DNA of 64,000 nucleotides from Spizellomyces punctatus DAOM BR117. Lineage: Eukaryota. Below, one piece after another: positions 12,321 through 24,566 of the stretch (positions are counted from its first letter, which is position 1; each line of letters opens with the position of its first letter). The notes under the pieces were generated by a model that had not been told where the DNA came from, made no database searches, and worked only from the letters and a program-made list of their open reading frames with translations. The stretch is taken from NCBI GenBank assembly GCA_000182565.2, contig KQ257450.1; one strand, given 5' to 3'. The position numbers and the translations under genes are program-made.

Positions 12321-14048
12321 ATGGTGCAAAGAAGTACGTTATGGCACTACACAGACCCGCAAAAGTAACTCTCATCATAACGGGTTTTGATTTTTGGCAG
12401 TTGATAAAGAGCTACTGCGCAAGCGCGCGGAACACAACGATGGAGAACTATCTTCATTGAAGGAGGTCACCTTGCATCAGTATGATATAGAAAAGATCGA
12501 GAACCTAGATGTGTATTGTAGACATCTCGAGATTCTATTCTTGCAGAATAACCAAATTTCTAAAATCGGTTGGTGAGGCAATGTAGAGCAGTTCCCTTTC
12601 ATTGGTCTTATGTTGATCTCTTTTGCTCTTCAGAGAATCTTCACAAGTTAAAGGAACTCAAATATTTGCAGCTGGCGCTCAATAACGTATCAAAAATAGA
12701 GAACCTTGAAGGATGTGAGGCTTTAGAGAAACTGGACCTGACGGTCAACTTTGTGGAAGATCCTCTGGACGTTGAGTGCTTGAAGGGCAATGAGATGCTA
12801 CGTGAATTGTTAGTCAGAACAAGAGAGATAGTTTGGCACCAATCACTAGCTGATGTTTCCTTGAATAGATTCCTGGTGGGAAACCCTTGTACTCAGAAGG
12901 AAGGATATCGGGAGTTTGTCATTACTACGTTACCTCAACTCAAAGTAGGATGATCCGTCGCATCAATTCGTATGTATGGTACTCATATAAAATCAACACT
13001 GAAAGAATCTCGATGGACGCGACATCACAAGGTCGGAACGGATCGAGGCAGCGCAAGTGTATGAAAATGTACGAAAACGGTTCATCCGCGAACGTGAAGA
13101 AAGGACTGGAACGGTGTACGAGGCCAAGGTGGAAGCTGAGCCTGCTCCCCAAAAAGCAAATGACCATGAAAGTTCTAAGGCACAGTACAATGAGAATAGC
13201 ACGAATAGCTCTGATTCTCTGAATGAAGGTCGGAATCCCACTCCAGCATCCGGAGACATTGATGAGTAGGTGTTGTGGATGAATGGTCTACTCGTCGCAT
13301 CCCTACTGAAACACGATCTTCCAGGCTCGAAGAGAAGCGCTGGCGCTTTCAAAACGAGCCTGTCCCGCATACACCCTCAGCTAGGCTAGAGGCTGCTCGC
13401 GACCTCGCATCCATGAGAGAAGGAAAAAACAACCAGAATCCACCAACCAAGCAACAGCAGTCGCCCACTCCCCTATTTGCCCCAGATGGTCGCGTTCTTC
13501 AAAAAAATCAAGGGAAATGGCCATTTCACTTCGCCATAACTACGGATACCATAACTCTTCATGTTGAGCTGTCAAAGTTTGTCGACACCAGTCTAATCGA
13601 TGTGGATGTGCAACCGACTTGGTTACGAATTAGTGTCAAGGGCAAGATTCTTCAGCTTGTTTTGGATGAGGAAGTGCAGACGGAAAATGTACTTTGCGAA
13701 AGGAGCAGAGTAACAGGGTGGCTGGCGGTGACGATGGTGAAGGCGCATGTAGACAAGACGAAGGCGGACGTGATCGAGATAAGGAATAAGGAGCGTAGGA
13801 TAAAGGAGGACGAAGAGCGGCAGAAAAGAGCATTGCAACGGAAACAAGAAACTTCAGCTGAACGAAAGAAAAATTACCGGACTTCTTTCACTCCAACAGA
13901 ATCTGTTGATCTTCGAAATATCGTGGCAGATGCACAGACGCCGACGGCAAGCGCCAAAGCGAGTATTTTTGATAGAACCTTCTCCATCATGCCTCCTGTA
14001 GTTCCGGATGACTTTGAGGACGACCCGTCAGTGCCGCCTTTATGCTAG
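12321..14048 (+). CDS. LRRC6: Dynein axonemal assembly factor LRRC6/TilB (LRR + CS domain)
   Basis: LLRKRAEHNDGELSSLKEVTLHQYDIEKIE, LILFLQNNQI-type LRRs, LTVNFV, GNPC, and C-terminal DTSLIDVDVQPTWLRISVKGKILQL and DDPSVPPL. Tiny first exon ATGGTGCAAAGAA followed by gtacgt. Confidence 0.93.
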
Positions 14049-14173
14049 CCCATATATGGTAGCACCTCTAGCTCTACGATGTTAATCTATGTTTAATGTA
14101 CATACGCATCCGACTACTGATCGTGACGCGGAGCTTGCGGAATAATTACAATGTGAACGCCTGTAATGGGACC

Positions 14174-15096
14174 TCACCCCTCCCACCATGACAGAAGCCC
14201 CAGACCTGGTTCGGCCACCGAAACCTGATACAGGGAACAAATTAGCATCTAGCAGTACAAATCAAACCTAGGGCTCTTCAACGAAGCCAATAGCATTACC
14301 ACCAATGAATAAGGAGCCACTTTCTTTTCCTCATCTACTCCGTCCCGCACCGGCCCAACATCCACAAATTCTTCAATCTCCATCCGAAAGCGAATTGGTT
14401 CGTCTTTATCCATATATAGATCGTTCTCCTCGTATTTCCAAACCCACACCTTCTCCTCCTCGTCGCTGTGCATTGAGCATTTAAGTAAAGCATAGGCTGT
14501 GAGCATCCCAGGGGAGATGAAACATACTATTCGGAGCCAGCTTGAAGAAAGGAGGGTGGAATTATGATGTCGTCAAAGAAATCCATGGTCACTACCATTC
14601 GGTACATATAATTAGTGAATTTCTTCCAAAAGTATCATGTCCGTCCCTTACCTCGTACACCTTCCGTTGGGTGTGATGAAGCAACCTTTCCTGTCATTAT
14701 CTCCCCTTTGAATGGTCGGAAAACCACCATGCGAAAAGTGACTGTTTTAAAACAGGTATTAGCTGTGCTTCAACAACACACCAAACAGTCTGGGAAGAGA
14801 AACTTCCTGCGTACGGACCCTTAGCCTGCGAAGACCCATCTTGAACCATATGCACTATCTCGTCTGATGCTTCCAGAATATCCCACACACGGATACAAAG
14901 ACCAACATTGTGCAAGATCTAGATAATAAGAGGAGATAAGTCTTACATGAAGCGCCAACGCACTAGAAACAAGACCACAGCAGACCTTGTTTGAGTACTT
15001 TTTGTTCAATTCGTCCGTTAATGATTCAATCCGTGGTTTGCTGAAGTCGGAAGGATGAGTGCGGATATTATCCCGCAATAATGTTAGGATGAACAT
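14174..15096 (-). CDS. RPC25: RNA polymerase III subunit RPC25/RPC8
   Basis: MFILTLLRDNIR, LNKKYSNK, NVGLCI, FRMVVFRPFKGE, DFFDDIIIP, WVWKY and C-terminal EPGLGLLSWWEG* across exons. Confidence 0.93.
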
Positions 15097-15384
15097 GTTT
15101 GGCCCACTGAAAACGAAGCAGGGAGGTCCGTCTGACGACGAAGTAAAAGCTTCCCCACCCCGATTATTATCTTAGGTAGCTTAAGGTTTGAGCAAATTAT
15201 GCTTCACAGCCTTTCGAGGATCGCCCGAGGTGAGGAACTTCTGCACCACTGCTCGTGTGGTAGATCAAGTGTCGGAAACTGAGGAGGAAGATCGCTGCTG
15301 CTGCATGAGTCAGCTTGTTGCCATAGCCACGAGAGTTCAAGATCTTCACCTCACGTCAATATTCAACAATTCACAGTTTTCACC

Positions 15385-17821
15385 ATGTCAGCGGCAAAAG
15401 AGGCGACTAGCACAATGCTTTTACGGTACAAGGATAAGCTACTTGAGGTAGAATACTAAAGGAAGCAGACTTTGGCTTAGCTAGTCATCGTAACGGCTGT
15501 CAGTCCAACAGGCGATCGCCAACACTGAAGGGAATTTGAAACGCTGGCAAAAGTACGACGAGGACTATCAGACGCTTGAAGGATTCTTGCAAGGTGCGGT
15601 ACAAGTTACCAAAAAGGATGTTATGGTAGGAATGTCGTCTCTTGGCCCGTTCCGCCACTATACTCATACCGATCTGCAGGTCCCTTTCGGTCCTTTCGCC
15701 TTCATGCCCGGTCAACTCATACATACCAACGAGGTGCTGGTACTTTTAGGCGATAATTGGTTTGCCGAGCGATCCGTCAAAGAAGCTTTGGAAATAGTTG
15801 GCAGAAGGCGGGAATGTTAGTAATGATATTTAGTCTTGTTACTTGCTTGAACGACAAATTGACGCAAAGAATCGCCATAGACACCACAGAACAAGTCAAG
15901 AACCTTAAACTAGCGCAAAAGGAGCTATATGCTCGCATGGAGCTTACAGAACTAGAGGATCCCAGGTCGAGTCTTACCCTCGAAAAATCAAATGTGGACT
16001 CAGATGGTGACGAGGTACATTGATGTTCAAATTGAAGCGTGCCGCTTTATCGTTCCTGGCTAGTCGCTAACGAGATGGTTTGCTCAGGTCAATGAGGAAG
16101 GCCTCAAATTTGTTGAGATTCGTGAAGAGTACAATGAAGAGGCGGAGAAGGCAAGACGTCTGTATTGCGTGTTAGTTGTGGCTGACAAGCATTAGCATAC
16201 TTACCACGTCGACACGGACATAAATGACCCACATACATACAGAAAAGAGACCGGTGCAGCCCTTGTCAGAACCGAAGCCCACTGCTGATGAGAGCGTGCA
16301 GTCCTTTTCAGACTCGAACATCACCGCTGACGCGAAGCATTTTGATGAATTCGAGCGTCGTCTTTTTGAAAAGATTAAGCAGTACGAAGAAGAGGAGGAA
16401 GCTGGGTATCTTGATAATGATATAGAGGAAGAGGAGGAGGAGCACTTTGACAGCGACTCAGATGGGGAAATGCGATTCGAAACTATGGATGACGATGAAG
16501 ACGACTTCAATCAGTCTCTAGAAACCTTCACGCGCATTCGATCATCTCTCAAGAAGCCGGCGAAAGCGCAACGGCAAGGTGAAAAGGTGCCAAAACACGT
16601 CAGTTTTGATGAAAACATCCAGACCACAGCGCCCGCGTCTATCAGAAGCCCTTCTGATATCTATGAACAAATGCGGGCGAAATCCAAAGATATGCCAGAT
16701 TCGACTGGTAGTCCCCGAGCAATTGCTGAACCACATCGTCCGCCACAAGCGCATTCAGTTAAAGATCTCATAATCGAGAAAGAAGATGTGGAGCAAATGT
16801 CTGAAGATGAAACTGATGATTTTTTATTTGGGCGAGAGCTGCTCAACGAGTATCATTTAAAGCGAAACCAGCTCATTCAGGCGCAGTCGGTCCATCCATT
16901 AACTGCAGAAGAGGAGGATGTAGGTTATATTGGCGAAGGGCTGCAGAGAACCGCTGGAAGCTGGAACTGAGATGTTGTCTCGTATAATAGGTCGCAAGCG
17001 AAGAGCGTTTGCAAAATAAGGTGGCCAAAGTATCTCGGTTCAAGGCCGCACGAATGGCTGTGCGAGAGGCGGTAGAATTGCCTCAGATTCTGCAACAGCT
17101 AGCAGAGGTACGACTTCGCTGTTTTGGACATCACATCGAGCCACCTATTCATCATATTACCTCTTGATGCAGCCATCATCAGAGCCAGCATCTGTGGCCG
17201 TTCAAGAGCCGCAGAAGAGAATAAAACCTTGTGTACCAGTACGTGCACTATACAACACGTCTGGTGGATCGCATACTATAGCAGGCCAATTGCAGTCGCC
17301 GAAACGAGACGTCATCAAGAACGTGGAAAAGAAAGCTGTAGATGCGCAACCTTCTCAACAGAAAGTCTCCCGGTTTAAAGCGGCACGAATGTCAAGTGCC
17401 GCTTCGTCGTCTACGCAGTCTTCAGGGCCAGAAGCAAGTGTTGGTATGGAAGAGGAAGGAGAGGAGTCTGATGAGGTATCATTCCTGCCGGGTCAAATGG
17501 AAAAAGTACTTGTTGTGACTGACTCCTGCATTGATTGCTTTGTTTAGGGCGTAATTATGGTGCCGCGTGTCTCCCGACGTTTGGTTGCTCCTCCTGTCGT
17601 TGGACGAGCCTCTTCTTCGGATAAGCGCATACCGATTATCCAGAATTCGAAAGCTGCAGAAGACTCCGAGACCGCATCCGTTCGTTCTGATGCACAGTCC
17701 CAGTCGGTAAGTTTCATTCCCTCGGCCTCTCACGCATGCGATGCTAAATGAATACTCCTCTTAGACGGGGAAGAAAGTGTCTAGATTCAAGGCTATGCGG
17801 ATGGGAATCAATGAAGGATGA
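15385..17821 (+). CDS. BUD27: Unconventional prefoldin RPB5 interactor URI/Bud27
   Basis: Alpha-prefoldin motif VPFGPFAFMPGQLIHTNEVLVLLGDNWFAERS, NEEGLKFVEIREE, acidic tract, IRSPSDIY and KVSRFKAARM URI-box motifs. Confidence 0.88.
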
Positions 17822-18241
17822 AGAGAAACCATTCTGCGCAAGCGAGAACTCGTAACTATTCTGAGGGCTATGGTTAACATTTGTAAATAGTCGCATTATA
17901 TTGTAGAGAATAATTGAGAGTTGAAACGATAATTGCTGGTCTCCCTATCACCATGACTGGGTCGCCATGATCTACTCAATATCATACTACTTTATACTCA
18001 TTATGATGAATCTAGATACAAAAAGGTGCTGTACTGGAATTGAACAGGAGCGTTTACACTCACAACAAATTTCCAAACCCTAACCCTCTTTCAACTTTCC
18101 TCCTTTAGCAAACTTGGCAGCTGGCGATGAAGCATTTCCAAGTAAGATTTGCCTTAGCTTCCAGAAGGTGCAAGCAACTCCTTTGTCTTTAGCGACATGA
18201 TTGCTGGTGATAGTAGGCTCACTATTCCCTTTAATTCACAT

Positions 18242-20809
18242 TTAAAACTCTAGTATATCACGCTGGGACACCATTAAATCACGGACGGAGCGATCTGATT
18301 TCCCCGACCAAGGTCGAGATTTTGAAGCCGAAGCGGTAGACCTCTCCAGTGGGTCATCAACTCCATCATGGACGGCGGTCTCTGACTCGACGGGTCCCTC
18401 CACCATTTCTGCATCTTCTACGGTAATTTCTGCTTCGATATCAAACGTTCTTGGATCTATAATTGAATGACGAGAATGTGAGAAGAGAATGTTCGGTCTT
18501 TAGAGCGAATGGTTCAATCTCAGCTAACCATCGGACTTTCCACTCGTAGCTATCTCTATCCAGTCAGCACAATAAGCGTCAAAGTCTAGCGCGTTGGTCC
18601 ATCGAATTAACACGTCCGCATCCAATTCTGATTCGAGTTTTGAAAGATGCTCTTCGGAGGTCAACTCTAGTTCGCTGACAGAGGGCTGATGTGAAGGCGG
18701 CCCTATCTGCTCATATGTTTGATCTGACATAACTAGCCCGCCAGAGGACTTCATTTTAAGTGTGTCGTCTTCGAATCCTGATTGGATAAGGTTCTGTTCT
18801 GCTGTGGTCGCTGCTCTCATCATTTCCTTGCCTTGGCGATACCTGCGTATAAACCGTTTTGATATTAGTACCAGCCAGAATGGGGTTGACGACGTTGTTT
18901 TGACGGTGTGATCACATCATAATCGGGCGACTTACATTTTCTTAAGCCACTCCAACTTCCGCATTCGCTTTGCGGCTTCCAGATCCTGTCGACGCTTCAG
19001 TTGCAAATGATGGTAGCGGATCGGTTTTGAATTTGAGAACTGAGGTGCCGTATCTTGCTGCTCATCCAACATCTTCATTCATTAACGGAGACAGCAATGA
19101 TTTGATGTCAATGTTGGATATCTTGTTTGAGACAAGCATCAAGATCGTCACTCTCACCCACCTTTTCTGAAACTGGCCGCCATCCATTATTCTCAATTCG
19201 CTGATACCATCCAGCTACAGCAAAATGGAACATGAACAACTTCCAAGAACCTTCCAGCAAAAACTTCCAGAGCACATACCCAGTGGTCCCGGCTTTGGCA
19301 AGGGTCCAGTTCTGTCAAATAAGTCCACTGGCAAGAGTTGTTTACTTTCCTGGGAAGTGTAATCCCGTGGACTGAAGGCATTCATATCTACCAGGTTTTT
19401 GTGAACGAAGATTTTGTAGTAGATGGTAGGTGGAAAAGCCGTCTACAGTACGGAGAAGTAATGTTGAGCATATCAGTCACAGTAAGGTTGCTGCAGAACC
19501 ATACGTGCTAGCTGTCCCTAGGGTCAACTTACACCACCTAGCCGGAATTTGACATGGATGCCCATGGCGCCGTCGATTAGCTGTGATTCTTGCGGGTTGA
19601 TAAATCTGAGTAGCTTGCGCGGGTCTCCGCGGAGACGGAATCTAATGAGGTCCCGGTGGAAGCGATAGATCTTTACGTTCTGGAAAAGGGAATGGTAGAG
19701 TATAAACAAACGACACGGATAGACCATAGGCGTTAGTTAGAGTTAAGTCCTCTAATTTGAACTCACATAATGGCCTCGCCAGGCTCTCTGTATCTTTCTT
19801 GCCGCTTCATCCCATGTGTTTTGCTGTCCACCAGCCTTTCGAGCCTTCCATAACATTTCTTTTCGGGCCTCTTCAGCTTCATCGCTTTGTGGTGCACCTG
19901 ATTTCTATCCATAGATCAATGTTAAGTCCATTACACGATGTTCTCGGAAAATCGGCAGATCACGACGTCTAACCATTCTTCTGAATCGTAACCAATTTCG
20001 TCGCACGAGCCACATACGCCATACAGCTTGTATGTAAGCTGCAGCAAACTCAGGAAACGTTGGGGGGACCGTGTCAATCGGGGAAGCAGCTTCGACGAGA
20101 GAGCAGTACTTGTAGTAACGTCGAAGTAGCTTCTCCTGCATCTCATGTTAGCATGCAGTAGGCCTTGCAGCTAATCGTTATACTCATACCTGCACACTAA
20201 GATCTTGTGCAGTGACCCCAGGCAGTTCCCTTTGGAACGCTCCGAACACATCGGGAGGGCTTAAACGATGTGTTTGGACGCTGATCTTTGCATAAACTAC
20301 AGCAATGTACTTGGTTCTGGTTCTCCAACCTCGAAACAGAGCTTGGATCAACAGGGTGGCAGCAAGGCGCGCCAGTTGCTCGCGCAGAGTCGCTTCATCT
20401 CGAATAGCTGTCGAGGCTGGGCTAAGAACTGATCGGCGTAGGTGATGCTGAGACATTTGATGCGAGGCGGATGAAGGGACAGTAGCCGCCGTACTGGGTT
20501 TGGTCGAGATTGGTGTAGATGTGTCGGACGTTGGAGGGGTTACCGGAAGAGGGATACGGCGAATGGCCATCTGCGATACGTTAGAAGAGATCTGGTGAAT
20601 AGTGTGCCAATATCAGGCTTTTGTGGATTAACATGTACCATTCTGGCAGCCTTGTTTCTTCGTAGATACTTTTCATACCGATCATTGGGAAACTCGACGG
20701 TTTCAAGCAACTGTAAGGGGTCAAATCCCCATAGTTGGTCAACGGGAGGAATGCTGGCGTTTCGTGAACCACCTGTCTGTGGATGAAGAGTGTAGAAACT
20801 GCTGGACAT
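18242..20809 (-). CDS. C11orf65/MFI-like protein with IQ motifs (multi-exon)
   Basis: IQ-like motifs (IQALFRGWRTR, IQAVWRMW). Conserved block GDPRKLLRFINPQESQLIDG...HVKFRLGG/TAFPPTIYYKIFVH...SPRDY, plus LIRWTNALDFDAYCADW, recalled as the C11orf65/MFI family. Start codon uncertain. Confidence 0.75.
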
Positions 20810-21269
20810 GATAGGCAGGAGAAAAAGCCTCGCAGTGAGCGAGAGAGGGAGAGAGCAGTAATGGCAGTAAGAGAATCTGGAGAAGGCTAGTCAAGTGTAA
20901 TGTATTCCAGCAGCTCAAAAACATATATCAAAGGGATCTCGCGGATCATGGATTACGGGTATCTGCGATCGGAAAATTACTTATTTTTATAACTTTTACA
21001 AGTACCCACGGCATTTTCCAGCATCTTTAACAAAGAAAAGAATTGCTCGCCGTGGAATTCTATGTCCTCCGTGCGTTGCTTGCACTGGAGGGGATTCTCT
21101 TTACAAATGGGTGCATTAACTAGAACGAAGTCTGAGTAAACTCTGGACGATTATCAAATCCGACGCGTACGCTCGTTCGGACATTGCTGGCTATTCCCCC
21201 AATTTCCTCCATACGTTGACTTTCATCCAGAATTCAAGAGATTTCAGCGCCTTATTTTGTTGACCGTAG

Positions 21270-23275
21270 ATGCCTTCAAGGGGATCCAGGAGGCCTCGTG
21301 AGTGCAGCCCTACAAGCTGGCAGACTACAGTCCAGGCACCAGAGCCTGGCTTGTATTACATTCCTTCGCAGAGCTGGAAGCCCATACCTGTTACATTCTG
21401 GCTGACGCAGGAAGCGAAAGATGACTGCGGGGAGTATTATGACTTACTATGGAAAAGGTTGCATTCAGGTCATAAATCTCTCTTTGACTGGCGATGGGAT
21501 AAACTGGATGGTGTCGGTAAGTTACAAGTCCGGCTATAAAGGCAGCTCCAGAGTCGGGATAGAGTTTATGACTATTGCACTCCTTGTACCCCTTTGTAAG
21601 CTATCTGGAAAGTCAGTTTGAAGAGTGTATTTGCTGCTCGATTGCTAGACGGCGATACAAAGTTAGAGATACACTTCCTCAAGAATATTGGCAAGTTCGG
21701 TGGAAGCAAGCTTGATTTTGTGACCTTTGAAGGACCCGATATACATCGACTCGCGAAGCAAGTTTCGGAGGCTGCAGGTAGGTAAATCAGCTCATCAGGC
21801 TGCGTCGCCCATATTGAGCTTTTGTTTGCATGGCAGAGCTGGTGCGTTTCCGGAAACTCTTGGTCATCGTGAACCCGAGGGGCTTACCTTCAGGAGCAGG
21901 GGTATACAACGACATTGTGGGAAAGATGCTGGAATTGGCGGAAGTGGATATTGAGTTGTGGGTGACCGAAAGGCCTAACCACGCGTATGATTTCATCCAA
22001 CAAGAGAGTAATATATCACAGTATACTACAATAATTACCGTTGGCGGCGATAGAATAGTACATGAAGTTATAAATGTAAGTTCATCGAACCCTTTTGATT
22101 ATTGTAATCTTTGAGTTTATGATTTATTTTGCACCTGTGCATGGCAGGCATTGCTTTCTCGGCCAGATTGGGAAACAGCGTCCAAAATTCCCTTGGGTAT
22201 CATTCCCTCAGGACCTGCGAATGCGCTCAACAGATCTCTTGATACTTTGGACCCGTATGTCGCTACGTTGGCTGCTATCCGCGGAGTGCCCCAACCGACA
22301 GATTTGATGGCTGTAACGACATCTTCCGGACAACGTGTTTATTCCCACTTATCATTCATGTGGGGATTACTGGCTGACATTGATCTGGAAAGTAAATGGT
22401 GGCGATGGATCGGTTCTTTGCGCTTTGACATATTCGGACTTTGGCGGATGGTAAACTTGAGGAAATATCAAGGAGTCCTTCATTACCTGCCTGTTGACGA
22501 GACTGGCCCACCGCACTTACATCGTGGACGTTCGCTTACTTCTCCACTGCAAGCAAGGGCTAAGTTTTCCAAAGAGCGGTCAGTAAGGTCGTTCAGTTCT
22601 CCGCCACGGCCGCGTCCACGTCCACGCGCCCCTGCAAAGTACGCACATCTAGATCCGTCCACTGGTTTGCCGTCGGGTTGGGTGACGCTGGAAGCCGGCT
22701 TTACTTCGTTCACCGCTCTGAACCACCCATGGATTTCGTCATCTTTACTTGGTTGCAATTTTACCTCTGCGTCTGATGGCGTTATTGACCTGGTATTTAG
22801 CCAAACGGATAGAACGGGATTTCTTCCGTTATTTTTGGAACAAGACAAAGCAAGACATATGAATGACAAAAGATGGCACGTCGAACGCGTCAAAGCCTTC
22901 ATTTTGGAGCCGGGGATGAACCAATACGGCAACTTGGGACTGCTGGACGTGGACGGCCAAAGCATTGAGCACGGATGTGTTTGGGTGGAATGCTTGGAGA
23001 ACGCAATCCGCATACTAGTTCCACCGGACCTTGCAGTACGCGAGATGGAGCGAGATCAGAAGAGAAGGCAGCGCATGAAAGCGGTACAGAAATTGGAAAG
23101 GAATCATATGCGACCGTGGCAAGACATTATCAGCGAGAGCGAATTACTGAAATTACTGATATTACTGATCTATGACTTTTTTATTCCCACTGCCTTTAAC
23201 ATCGTGGTATGTTATGTGTTTTGTTGGTGTATTTATCATTATTCGCTACTTTGGGCTATCATACGGAGGGCATAG
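21270..23275 (+). CDS. Sphingosine/long-chain-base kinase family protein (DAGK catalytic domain) with a hydrophobic C-terminus; true start may lie upstream
   Basis: VIVNP, TERPNHA, TVGGDRIVHEVIN, PLGIIPSGPANAL, WGLLADIDLESKWWRWIGSLRF and LDVDGQ motifs. In-frame upstream exons are joined by GT-AG introns. Confidence 0.85.
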
Positions 23276-23339
23276 TGATAGGGTATAGTTTGTCATATTC
23301 TTCATTATTTGTTTACATTTGATCCTTGGTCTGTAATTA

Positions 23340-24079
23340 GTGTGCAGGTGGTAGAAAATGTCACTAGGGACAAATTCTCCCTCCAACCCACTACAGCCGG
23401 TTCTAATTTACAATTAGCCAGCCTGTCCAACCCTTCATAACCTATCCTGCAAACGAGTCCCACCCCTATCCTAACTCGCTACAGGTTCCAGCCTGGGTTG
23501 AACTGGGGTACGTGCAAAGCAGCACGATTCCACTAACTAACTACCACTAGGCCCAATTACACATTACGGTTTTTCTAACCGGGTAACTAAGCCCACCACC
23601 ACGAGAGAAATCCTACTAAGCCCTTGATTTCGAAATTCTTTAGTCGGAGGATGTTCAGATACTAAGGTAGATCAGAATTAGACTGGGTAATCCGCGTGGG
23701 AAAATCAGCAAGAAATACCTGCGATCGTAGCAATATAGTAGTAGCAGCGTTTACAAGGGGTTATGTTGTTGTAGTCGGGTGGGCGAGGTCCTTGGCACCA
23801 CCACATCGGCGTTCTCATGATTGATGAGAGTTGGGCAGATGCTTGTGAGTCGAGGACTGGTGAGAAAAGAGGGAAGAGGGAGCAGGTCCCCTTTTATAGA
23901 CCTTTGGCATGCGCCTCACCGTAGTTTAAAAAAAAAAACATTAGCATGCCACACCGCAGTTTGGAGAACATTAGCAGGACGCTTTGAGCAATAGATGGGG
24001 GTGCTGATTATGCGATATAACTAACCGGATTAATCCGGATAATAATGAGTTCTAGTGCCATTTTCAATCACCTCCACAT
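23340..24079. mobile_element. Non-autonomous TIR element (MITE-like, ~740 bp) with putative TA target-site duplication
   Basis: Left end 23337-23367 (ttagtgtgcaggtggtagaaaatgtcactag) matches the reverse complement of 24052-24082 (ttaatgtggaggtgattgaaaatggcactag) at 26/31 positions. TA flanks at 23338-23339 and 24080-24081. The interior has no long ORF. Confidence 0.7.
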
Positions 24080-24233
24080 TAAGATGTCCACCTTACGTAA
24101 TCATCTCCCGAGTTCAACCCGTACATTTCCATGGCAACAACGCGCTTCAAGCAATGTTTCGAACCAAATCTGCCAGTTGCTTCTGCAAAACTGACCTCCA
24201 GCAACCGCATCGTCGTTCAATAGCTTTTCCCAA

Positions 24234-24566
24234 ATGGCCTCTGCAATCGCAAAGCAAACCTACAACGGTAAGTTGTTCCTCTTTCATTATTAACAAAGAG
24301 ATTGCTGCTCTCTTTTACCGTTCGGCTCACTTTTTGAAATTCAGTCTTCTTCCGCCGAAGCTCCGCCTACCTGGCTGGCATCTTCGCGTCGGCCTTCGCT
24401 TTCGAAATTGCCTTTGACACTGTATCCGACAGGGTGTGGGATTCGATCAACAAGGGGGTACGTTGCGATTCATTTGTTCAAATAGCGATACCGCCAGTCG
24501 GTTGACCCAATTTTTTGTGCCTTGCAGCGCCAGTGGAAGGATATTCGTGACAAGTACATTCAGTAG
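24234..24566 (+). CDS. QCR9: Cytochrome bc1 complex subunit 9 (3 exons; absent from the ORF track)
   Basis: Spliced product MASAIAKQTYN/VFFRRSSAYLAGIFASAFAFEIAFDTVSDRVWDSINKG/RQWKDIRDKYIQ*, with gtaagt and gtacgt introns. Confidence 0.93.

Noticed and set aside
18076-18087. AACCCTAACCCT, telomere-repeat-like or telomerase-template-like
   Set aside because: Only two repeat units, in a convergent 3' UTR gap. No pseudoknot or CR4/5-like structure was recognisable.
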